Source: a virus (Duplodnaviria > Caudoviricetes). Taken from it: 40,205 nt of DNA. How positions within the stretch are numbered: position 1 is the stretch's first letter; every line of letters starts with the position of its first letter. The stretch lies in the IMG/VR virus record IMGVR_UViG_3300037044_000259, positions 1-40,205 of that record; one strand, written 5' to 3'. Below are positions 15,987 through 23,594 of this stretch, one piece after another. Below the pieces are notes generated by a model. The model did not search any database, had not been told where the DNA came from, and saw only the letters and a list, made by a program, of their open reading frames with translations. A program made the position numbers and the translations under genes.

Positions 15987-16430
15987 ATGCCACGCACGAA
16001 AGCAGCAATCGGGTTCGGAACACTCCTCAAGCGGGGCGACGGCGCCACGCCAACCGAGGTCTTCAGCACCGTGAGCGAGGTGCTCGACATCACTGGCGGC
16101 GTCTCCAAGACCCGCTCGTTTGAGGACGCGACGAACATGGAATCGCCGGGCGGCGTTCGCGAATACATCGCCGCGCTGATCGACCTGGGCGAGATCACAT
16201 TCCAGATGAACGCGGTCTTCACCGACGCGCAACAGCAGGCAGTGCACGCCGACCTGATGTCGGGCGTGCTCCGCAACTGGCAGTTGGTGCTTCCTTCGGC
16301 CATCGGCAAGCGGTGGGAGGGCGCGGCGTTCGTCGCCTCGATCGGCAACCCGCACCCGGTCGCTGGCAAGATGGTCCGCGATGTCACGCTCCGCCCCAGT
16401 GGCGACTGGACGTTCGTCAACAACCCGTAA
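15987..16430 (+). CDS. tail tube (major tail) protein
   Basis: GFGTLLKRGDGA..EVF..V.EV, DAT.MESPGG.REYIA.L.D.GEI, VTLRPSG. Confidence 0.9.
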   Translation: MPRTKAAIGFGTLLKRGDGATPTEVFSTVSEVLDITGGVSKTRSFEDATNMESPGGVREYIAALIDLGEITFQMNAVFTDAQQQAVHADLMSGVLRNWQLVLPSAIGKRWEGAAFVASIGNPHPVAGKMVRDVTLRPSGDWTFVNNP

Positions 16431-16490
16431 GCCTTCCGCTCATTCTGATCCCACCCTTCCCACCCCATCGGCATCGAAAGGCGCGGCTCC

Positions 16491-16943
16491 ATGCAGGGCA
16501 AAGACACCGGACCCAAGTTCCCGACGGCGGTCGTCGAGATCGAGGGCAAGACGCTTACGGCTGTGTTTAACGCCGGGACGATCGAAGCGATCGAGGAAGC
16601 GTGCGGACGCTCCTGCTTCGACCTGTTCGACGAGATGATCGTGCTGGCTCGGTCAGACGGCACGGTCACGACGCAGGTCACCAGTCTCCGCACGGCCCGC
16701 CGACTCGTTGCCGGTGCCTTCCGCCTTGGACTCGACGAGGGCGGCGCCAACTTCGTTGATGATGTCGTTCCCATGGATTGCCTGCTCACGACGTACATGT
16801 CGCTGGTCAAGCCATTCACGCAGGCGGTGGTGCGGATCATGAAGCCGGTGTCGGATGTCGAGGATGAGAAGGCGTCGAAAGAGAAAGCGAGCGCCGAGGC
16901 AAACCCTCCGTCTTCCGACGCCTCCGCATCTGGGCCCGCGTAG
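16491..16943 (+). CDS. tail assembly chaperone (gpG-like)
   Basis: Lies between the tail tube and tape measure genes; slippery heptamer A-AAC-CCT at 16901-16907. Confidence 0.8.
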   Translation: MQGKDTGPKFPTAVVEIEGKTLTAVFNAGTIEAIEEACGRSCFDLFDEMIVLARSDGTVTTQVTSLRTARRLVAGAFRLGLDEGGANFVDDVVPMDCLLTTYMSLVKPFTQAVVRIMKPVSDVEDEKASKEKASAEANPPSSDASASGPA

Positions 16944-17224
16944 AGCTTCAGATGCCGTCGGATGAGTTCAGGGCGATGGCCACGGACGAGATCTTGGAGC
17001 TGGTTGAAAAGTGGGAGGATCGAGAGAAGCGGAGCGACATGCGGTTCGGCGTGATCGCGACGATCGCGGCGAACCTGATGCGGGGCGAGAACCAGCAGCC
17101 GTATCACCCCGCCGACTTCTTCCGTTCGCTTGAGGACACCCGCCCCGGCCTGCCGACGCAGGACGAACTGGTCGAGAAGATCATGTCGGCATTCGGAGTG
17201 AGCCATGCCCCCGATGAAACTTGA
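16901..17224 (+). CDS. tail assembly chaperone frameshift extension (gpGT-like)
   Basis: The -1 frame is open from the slip site: KPSVFRRLRIWARVELQMPSDEFRAM...IAAN.MRG....YHPADFF. Confidence 0.75.
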   Translation, partial: KPSVFRRLRIWARVELQMPSDEFRAMATDEILELVEKWEDREKRSDMRFGVIATIAANLMRGENQQPYHPADFFRSLEDTRPGLPTQDELVEKIMSAFGVSHAPDET

Positions 17225-19892
17225 GGTCGTGCTCTCGGCGGACACGGCGAAGTTCATCGCCGGGATGGATCAGTCGGAGCGGAAGACGACCTCGATGGGG
17301 CGGTCGGTCGCCTGGCTGGGCGACAAGACCGCCATCATGGCCGGAAAGGTCCGGTCGGCGGCGAACTCGCTCCTGAGCCTGCGTACGGCCGTCATAGGGG
17401 CGGTGGCCGGGATCGCTGGCACAGTGGTCGTTGGCCAGTTGAACCGCGCGTCGGACGAGATCGACAAGCTCGGGAAGATGGGCAAGCGGCTGGGGATTCC
17501 GATCAAGGAATTGTCGGCGATGCGGCTGGCCGCGCTCGACGCGAACATCGAGATCGAGCAGTTGGCGGGCTTCGCGGGCAAGGCCCAGAAGAACATCGCC
17601 GAGATGGTGTCGAAGGGGATCGCCAGGCTCAATCTGGGCACGCAGGTGATTCGGTTGACGGATCTCAACGGTCGGGTTCGGACGATCACGGAACTGATGC
17701 CGGAGCTTGCCAAGGGCATCGACTCGGCGTCGAGCGCTGCCGAGAAGATTCGGCTGTCGGAGAAGATCTTCGGGCGCGGGGGCGGGGCGGCGTTTCTTCA
17801 GCTGCTCACGGACGGCGGCGACTACATCAAGAACATGGGCGAGCAGACCGAGCGCGCCCGGAAGCTCGGGGTGTTGTTCACCGACGACCAGGTGAAGCGG
17901 CTCACCGCGTACAACGATTCCATCACGCACCTGGGGCAGGCCTGGCTGGGCGTGAAGGTGAAGATCGTCAATGAGGTGGCGCCGGTCCTGACCGAGCTGC
18001 TCGAGTCGTCGTCCGAACGCCTCGCCAAGATGCCGGCGTTGATCAGGGCAGCAGCGGGGGCGGCAAAGGCCACGCTCTTTGGCGGTGCCACAGAGGGTGC
18101 GCAAAGCCGGCAGCTCGTCGGAGATCTCCGGGACAAGACCGCCGCGGCTTTGAAGACCACGGCCGTCGAAGTCGGGCGAGTTGTCGGCACGGCTTTTATT
18201 GAGGCTGTTACCACGGGATTGACCGCGGCAGGTCCGGTGATCGCGGACGTATTCCGGGACAACATCGGTCCCGTGTTGAACGTGATCCCTGGCGTCAACA
18301 TCGCCAAGTCGGAGAAGGGCAAGCTGGCCGAATTGCTGGGGGCACCCGTCCAGGTCGACGACATGCGACGCCGCATTCTCGATCTTCAAAAGGATCTGGA
18401 AAAGCTCCGAGATCCGGACAACACCGTCTTTCGCGAGCAGTCACCGCTCGGGTTGGAAGGCACGATCGAAGCCGAGATCAAGTCGATCGAGGACAAGATC
18501 AAAACCCGGCTCGCGATCAGTGCTGCCGACATTGCCGCTCAACGCCAGGTGGTTGAACAGGAGTCGATCAATCGCGCAAGAGAGATCTCCGACGCGGTTG
18601 TCGCCGGCATGCAGGCAACATCGCAGGCAGCCGAGACCGCTCAAAGTTCAATCCGCAAGGCATGGGGCGAGTTCGACACCGCGGCCGACGCCGTGATCAA
18701 GATGTACGCCGCGACAGAGCCGCCCGAGACGAGCAACAAACGGACGCTGGCCGACTACTTCAAGATGGGCGGAGATGCCGTTACCGGCTTCATGTATCAG
18801 CTGAAGCAGGCTGAAGGCCCGACCACGAAGGTGCTTCAGAAAATCAAGGAGAAGATGCTCGAGGCGATGGAAGTCGCACAGGAACTCGAAGAGCGGCAGC
18901 TGGCCGCTTCGGGTGACGAGATCGGCGCCAAGCGACTCAAGCTCATTCGCGGTTTCGTCAAAGAGCAGCAGGAGCTGGTCGAACGCTTCGGCGCTTTGTC
19001 GGATCCGCTGATCGAGCAGATGAAGAAGGTTCAGGCCGCGGAGCTTCAAGCCTTCGACCTGGAGCCGCTGGACAAGATGCTGGAAAAGATAAAGGGAATG
19101 GTTCCCGACAGTGGCTCTGGTCCTGTTGCAGACCTGGCAGCTCAGATGCAAATGCTCAGGGTCGGATTTATCGACGGAAAGGTTTCGTCGGAAGAGCTTC
19201 GCGCGGAGTTGGATCGCCTCGAAAGAAGGCTGCGAGGAATCCAGGAACGTGAGAAAACCTACGGACAACTGCTCAGCGAAACCATTCAAGGCTTCGCGCG
19301 ATCGGCCAGTGACGCGTTTGCAGACATGGTGGTGGATGGGGAAACGTCATTTAACCAGCTGCTCAAAAGTTGGACGAAGACGCTGATCTCGATGACCGCG
19401 CAGAAGTTCCTCTTCCAGCCTCTGTTCGATGCGTTCGCCGGCGGGGCGTCGGGGTTGTTCAAGCCGGGCGTATCACCTTCCTCAGGTTATTACGCACAAA
19501 ACGGACTTGTGGGAAGTGCACGCGGAAACGCCTTCTCTGGCGGACAGATCACTCCATTTGCAAAGGGAGGCGTGGTCTACAAACCTGCCGTCTTCCCCAT
19601 GGCCCGTGGCATGGGTCTCATGGGCGAGGCTGGTCCCGAGGCCATCATGCCACTCACTCGGATCGGGGGGCATCTGGGCGTCCGATCGGCCGGAAGCTCC
19701 ACAACCGTGCAGATCATCGATCAGCGAAGCGGCGGTGCTCCCGTCGAGGTCCGAGAAAGCACGGGACCGGACGGGCGGAAAATGGTCCAGGCCATCGTTA
19801 GGGATCAGGTTGCCAAAATGGCAACGGACGGGAGCCTCGATCGGGTCCTTGGGCCGGCGTACGGGGCACGCCGAACGCCAGTTGCCAGATAG
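17205..19892 (+). CDS. tape measure protein
   Basis: 895-aa Ala-rich helical protein; N-terminal LEVVLSADTAKF; C-terminal lambda-type FAKGGVV..P..F...GLMGEAGPEAIMPL. Confidence 0.93.
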   Translation: MPPMKLEVVLSADTAKFIAGMDQSERKTTSMGRSVAWLGDKTAIMAGKVRSAANSLLSLRTAVIGAVAGIAGTVVVGQLNRASDEIDKLGKMGKRLGIPIKELSAMRLAALDANIEIEQLAGFAGKAQKNIAEMVSKGIARLNLGTQVIRLTDLNGRVRTITELMPELAKGIDSASSAAEKIRLSEKIFGRGGGAAFLQLLTDGGDYIKNMGEQTERARKLGVLFTDDQVKRLTAYNDSITHLGQAWLGVKVKIVNEVAPVLTELLESSSERLAKMPALIRAAAGAAKATLFGGATEGAQSRQLVGDLRDKTAAALKTTAVEVGRVVGTAFIEAVTTGLTAAGPVIADVFRDNIGPVLNVIPGVNIAKSEKGKLAELLGAPVQVDDMRRRILDLQKDLEKLRDPDNTVFREQSPLGLEGTIEAEIKSIEDKIKTRLAISAADIAAQRQVVEQESINRAREISDAVVAGMQATSQAAETAQSSIRKAWGEFDTAADAVIKMYAATEPPETSNKRTLADYFKMGGDAVTGFMYQLKQAEGPTTKVLQKIKEKMLEAMEVAQELEERQLAASGDEIGAKRLKLIRGFVKEQQELVERFGALSDPLIEQMKKVQAAELQAFDLEPLDKMLEKIKGMVPDSGSGPVADLAAQMQMLRVGFIDGKVSSEELRAELDRLERRLRGIQEREKTYGQLLSETIQGFARSASDAFADMVVDGETSFNQLLKSWTKTLISMTAQKFLFQPLFDAFAGGASGLFKPGVSPSSGYYAQNGLVGSARGNAFSGGQITPFAKGGVVYKPAVFPMARGMGLMGEAGPEAIMPLTRIGGHLGVRSAGSSTTVQIIDQRSGGAPVEVRESTGPDGRKMVQAIVRDQVAKMATDGSLDRVLGPAYGARRTPVAR

Positions 19893-19894
19893 GC

Positions 19895-19924
19895 TTGCAT
19901 TGCTCCGGCTGGGCCTGTTACCAT
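19895..19924 (+). promoter_or_regulatory. putative moron promoter
   Basis: TTGCAT-N18-TACCAT with an extended -10 TGn, immediately after the tape measure stop. Confidence 0.45.
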
Positions 19925-19944
19925 TTGGCCAGCGCGGAGGTTGT

Positions 19945-20364
19945 ATGTTTAAGGCATTGGGATGGCTGGCTATTTCGATTGTTGTTCTCGCGGGATGCGA
20001 GGGTTCGACTGCATCGATCGGTTTGAAGTCCACCGAGCAGCTGAAGGAAGTTCCCACTCCACAGCTCGTGTCGGCGTTCGGCACCGGAAAGTTTGTTTAC
20101 GGGGAAAGCTCGCGAATGCGGGCGGAGATCGTCGAGCGGAACGTCTTCACGCCGGACCAGTGGAAACGCATTGACGACATGTCCCCGAAGGTTGGCGACT
20201 CTGAACTGCTTGTGTTCGCCGCTCTCGGAGCTCCTCAAAGAGCCACAGACACGAATGACATCATGGGTTATTCGCGCGCTTTTTACTACGATGGCTCGAC
20301 GAGTCGGTCTCAAAGCGTGATCGTGATGAATGGCAAGGTCGTCAGTATGACGAAGTACCAGTAG
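19945..20364 (+). CDS. lipoprotein (moron), SmpA/BamE-like C-terminal pattern
   Basis: GGAGG RBS; signal peptide MFKALGWLAISIVVLAG-C with lipobox; VGDS...V.AALGAP...FYY...V...NGKV. Confidence 0.75.
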   Translation: MFKALGWLAISIVVLAGCEGSTASIGLKSTEQLKEVPTPQLVSAFGTGKFVYGESSRMRAEIVERNVFTPDQWKRIDDMSPKVGDSELLVFAALGAPQRATDTNDIMGYSRAFYYDGSTSRSQSVIVMNGKVVSMTKYQ

Positions 20365-20385
20365 GCCATCGTCACGAGGTATCGG

Positions 20386-21141
20386 ATGGCCCACGACCCC
20401 ACAGACGATCGGTCGTACTCGGACTGGAAAGACCGACATCCTGCAACATCTGGAGGCGAGGTGGCTCGATTGCTCAAGCGGTTTGCGCAGATGGCATTGG
20501 CCTTTGGTGCGGTTTGTTTATTTGCGTTGGCGCTGGGCGCGGCGTCCTACTCGATGCTCGCGGCGATCTTTATTGCTTCCGTGGGGACCGTCGGGCTGAT
20601 CGGTGCCATCAAGATTCAAGCGACCATCGATGACTCTCTCCAGTCGCCGCCATCAAACCTAGACAACGACGGCCCACTCCTGACGATCAGTTTCGGAGGC
20701 GATGAAGATCCCAACTGGCAGCGCGACGGGGAATCCGTTGCCGCGTTCTTCACGAAGGTGGTTGGGGTCACTCGCACCAACAGCTTCGACGGTGTCGAGC
20801 GACTTAGCGTCCTGAAGAAATGCTCCGTAGGTGAGCAGGTTGTCTTGGTCCGCGAACCGAAGAACCCGCATTCGCCTGGCGGGAACGCCGTGCTGGTCAC
20901 CAGGGCCAACGGGGCGGTTCTCGGTTATGTGATGGAGTTTCGCGCTCAGCAGATCGCCCCGTTGCTCGATCAGGGGTTTCAATATCAAGTCGTGATCGAA
21001 GCCCTGAGCACGACACCGGACAAGACGTTCTGCAACTTGCGGGTCGAGATGGTGGGCCGAGACAACGATTTGGCGAATCGTGTGAAGGGCATGGTGTCAA
21101 AGGCCCGCAATCGGCTGGCCTCGGTTGGTGCCGGCGTCTAG
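20386..21141 (+). CDS. membrane-anchored HIRAN-domain protein
   Basis: Two hydrophobic helices, then TKVVGVT, VGEQVVLVREPKNPH...NAVLV...LGYV (HIRAN signature). Confidence 0.82.
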   Translation: MAHDPTDDRSYSDWKDRHPATSGGEVARLLKRFAQMALAFGAVCLFALALGAASYSMLAAIFIASVGTVGLIGAIKIQATIDDSLQSPPSNLDNDGPLLTISFGGDEDPNWQRDGESVAAFFTKVVGVTRTNSFDGVERLSVLKKCSVGEQVVLVREPKNPHSPGGNAVLVTRANGAVLGYVMEFRAQQIAPLLDQGFQYQVVIEALSTTPDKTFCNLRVEMVGRDNDLANRVKGMVSKARNRLASVGAGV

Positions 21142-21149
21142 TCTCGGGC

Positions 21150-21533
21150 ATGAAGCGAGATTGGACGATCGTCAGGGCGCTCCTCCGCACAGTCGAGGAA
21201 TTGTCCGGCCCTCTGAGGGGGCAGCATGTACTTGGAAACGCCATTCTCGATCGATGCGCTTACAGGTTCGACCTTGATGTCGGTCGCGCGGCTCTGAGCG
21301 GGCAACTGGTTCAGCTCCAGGACTCCGGCCTCGTTCGATGCGACTCCCGGGGAATCGTCTTTCGCGGACTCACTTGGCAGGGCGCCGAGCTGCTCGCCGC
21401 AATCCGGTCCGAAGAGCAGTGCCGGGCCGTCATCAGTTTGCTCGGCATGCCTTGGAATGACGCCACGGCCGACATGATCAAGGCCGCTGCACTCCGAGTT
21501 GCCTTACCGAACGTAACTGCGGCGGTGATGTGA
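21150..21533 (+). CDS. DUF2513-like winged-helix protein
   Basis: MKRDWTIVRALL...L.DSGLV...LTWQG.ELL.AIR. Confidence 0.75.
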   Translation: MKRDWTIVRALLRTVEELSGPLRGQHVLGNAILDRCAYRFDLDVGRAALSGQLVQLQDSGLVRCDSRGIVFRGLTWQGAELLAAIRSEEQCRAVISLLGMPWNDATADMIKAAALRVALPNVTAAVM

Positions 21534-21559
21534 GACAACGCGTGACGCGCGGGTAGTAT
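21532..21559 (+). promoter_or_regulatory. putative promoter restarting the tail-tip genes after the moron
   Basis: GAGACA-N16-TAGTAT. Confidence 0.45.
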
Positions 21560-21596
21560 CGACCGATCGCCGAGGGCAGGCGGTCGGAAGGATGGT

Positions 21597-22271
21597 TTGG
21601 CGGATCTGGTGTGGCCGGCAACGCTCCCGCAGGAGCCGAAGCTGGCCGGGCATTCTGAGCAGCCTCCGAACCTCGTGCTCCGCACGGAGATGTCGGTCGG
21701 TCCTGCCAAGGCCCGCCGTCGCACCACGGCCGGCGTCCGCAACTTCAGCATGTCGATCGTCATGACGCGGGCCCAGTGCGCTCTGCTCGACGAGTTCTTC
21801 CTCGACTCCGCCCAGGGCGGCGCCCTCGCCTTCCAGTGGACCCATCCGCGCACCGGCAACCTGATCGACTATCGCTTCGTCTCGCCCCCGACATACACCC
21901 CGCTCGGACCGCGCAGCTCCGCGGCCGCGAAATGGACAGCGAGCTTTCAGCTCGAGGCTCTGCCCGGTACCGAGATCACGGACGAGATCCCGCCGATCGA
22001 GCCGATCGCGATCCCGGCCGACTTCAGTGTCTACGTCATGGCGCTGCAGCCCGACCTGCAAGTCGACACGTTCGACATGCTCGTGCTGGGCGCGGTGCAC
22101 GAAGCGGACGCGGTGCCCGGGGACATCTTCATCGGCACGATCATCGACCCGGGCCTCGAGGAGATCGACGACGCCGCAATCTCCGGCGCTGCTCTCTATG
22201 TGAACACTGGAGGAGGCAGCATCGGGCCGGGTCACGGAGACAACGGCAACGGAGGCGGAATCAACCCATAG
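21597..22271 (+). CDS. distal tail protein (gpM/Dit-like) with acidic C-terminal extension
   Basis: WPATLPQ, LRTEMSVGPAKARRRTT, FF......GAL.F.W.HP.TG. Confidence 0.82.
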   Translation: MADLVWPATLPQEPKLAGHSEQPPNLVLRTEMSVGPAKARRRTTAGVRNFSMSIVMTRAQCALLDEFFLDSAQGGALAFQWTHPRTGNLIDYRFVSPPTYTPLGPRSSAAAKWTASFQLEALPGTEITDEIPPIEPIAIPADFSVYVMALQPDLQVDTFDMLVLGAVHEADAVPGDIFIGTIIDPGLEEIDDAAISGAALYVNTGGGSIGPGHGDNGNGGGINP

Positions 22272-22298
22272 CGCCGGCACGCCGGCAAGGAGTTAGTC

Positions 22299-22742
22299 AT
22301 GGCAGGTTTGAAGGTTGCGTTTGTCACGGGCGCGGTCGCAGTCACGACCTCGGCGTCAACGGTTCTCATGATCACGGCCGGTGCCAACGCTGGACTCGCG
22401 CTCAAGAACTTCATCATCGGTGTCGATGGCACGAGCCCGACCGAGGGAAAGCTCCAGGTCGAGATCATCCGCAAGTTCACCGCGGGCACGGGCACCGCCA
22501 CGACGATCACGCCCGTCAAGGTCTCGGGCCATGCCGGCAGCATCCAGGCAACGGCGAAGAAGACGTTCACGGTCGAGCCTACGACCGGCAGCTCGGTCGT
22601 CGTCTGGGACAACAACGTCCATCCGCAGGGCAATCTCGCCATCCCGCTCGACATCCTCGTTGATGCCGGCGAGACCGTGGCCTTCCGAGTGACCTCACCC
22701 ACCGGCAAGAACATCCGCCTGACCGTGAACGCCGAGGAGTAA
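22299..22742 (+). CDS. putative small beta-sandwich virion protein
   Basis: AAGGAG RBS; T/V/G-rich; inside the tail-tip cluster. Confidence 0.6.
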   Translation: MAGLKVAFVTGAVAVTTSASTVLMITAGANAGLALKNFIIGVDGTSPTEGKLQVEIIRKFTAGTGTATTITPVKVSGHAGSIQATAKKTFTVEPTTGSSVVVWDNNVHPQGNLAIPLDILVDAGETVAFRVTSPTGKNIRLTVNAEE

Positions 22743-22749
22743 GCCTCGC

Positions 22750-23223
22750 GTGCGATCGATCTCGGCGACAGCAAAGCGGGCGATCTTCGCCGGTCAAACC
22801 GGCGAGGTATTCGTCTGCCTGCTCACGCTGAGCCATCCCTCGCTCGACGTTCCGATCCGGGTGTGCAACGACGCCGTGTCCGTGACGTCCAACGCCGTCG
22901 AGTTCATCCCCTATCCGTTCCAGCTCGTGCTGCCAGATGAGGACGACGGCGTTGCTCCCCAGGTCACGCTCGAGATCGACAACGTCGATCGCCAGATCGT
23001 GGCCGCGGTGCGGAGGGCCAATGGAGAGCCGATCTCGGTCGAACTCTCGATCGTCCTGGCGAGCCAGCCCGACATCGTCGAGGCCGGGCCGTTCAGCTTC
23101 AAGCTCCGCAGCGTGAACTACGACAAGAGCGTCGTCTCTGGCACGCTGCAGTTCGAGGACCTGCTCAACGAACCCATGCCCGGCGACACGATGACGCCGT
23201 CGCGTTTCCCCGGCTTGTTCTGA
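22750..23223 (+). CDS. tail tip protein, DUF1833/gpL-like
   Basis: LLTLSHPSL..PIRV, F..YPF.L.LP, LEIDNVDR.I, TPSRFPGLF. Confidence 0.85.
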   Translation: MRSISATAKRAIFAGQTGEVFVCLLTLSHPSLDVPIRVCNDAVSVTSNAVEFIPYPFQLVLPDEDDGVAPQVTLEIDNVDRQIVAAVRRANGEPISVELSIVLASQPDIVEAGPFSFKLRSVNYDKSVVSGTLQFEDLLNEPMPGDTMTPSRFPGLF

Positions 23224-23234
23224 GGAATCGATAC

Positions 23235-23594
23235 ATGGATCCCCTTTCCCAATACACCCAGGGCCGAAATCGATGCGCTGAGCTCCGCCCTGGTTCGTTT
23301 GGCAACCAATATCGGAACATCGCCTATTGGTGTCCGGGCTGCAAGGAGCGTCACCACATTCGAGTTCGAGGCGAGAACGTTGAGCGACCCAGCTGGGGAT
23401 TCAACGAGAACTTCGAAAGGCCGACGTTCGATCCGAGCATTCACTACACGCCGGGTTATTGCCACCATCACGTGATCGACGGGCGGATCCACTTCTGCAC
23501 CGACTGCTCGAGGCACACCTTGGGAGGTCAGGTCGTCGAGCTTCCGTTCGTGGACGAGGAGGGATACGAACTCAGTGCCACGCCTTCCCCGTGA
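23235..23594 (+). CDS. DUF6527-like Cys/His-rich protein
   Basis: WCPGC...H, W.FNEN.ERPTF.PSI, CH..V.DGRI.F..DC..H.L.GQ.VELP. Confidence 0.72.
   Translation: MDPLSQYTQGRNRCAELRPGSFGNQYRNIAYWCPGCKERHHIRVRGENVERPSWGFNENFERPTFDPSIHYTPGYCHHHVIDGRIHFCTDCSRHTLGGQVVELPFVDEEGYELSATPSP

Noticed and set aside
19429-19944. N-terminal extension of the 311-aa ORF
   Set aside because: Overlaps the tape measure gene; the real start is ATG 19945 with an RBS and lipoprotein signal.
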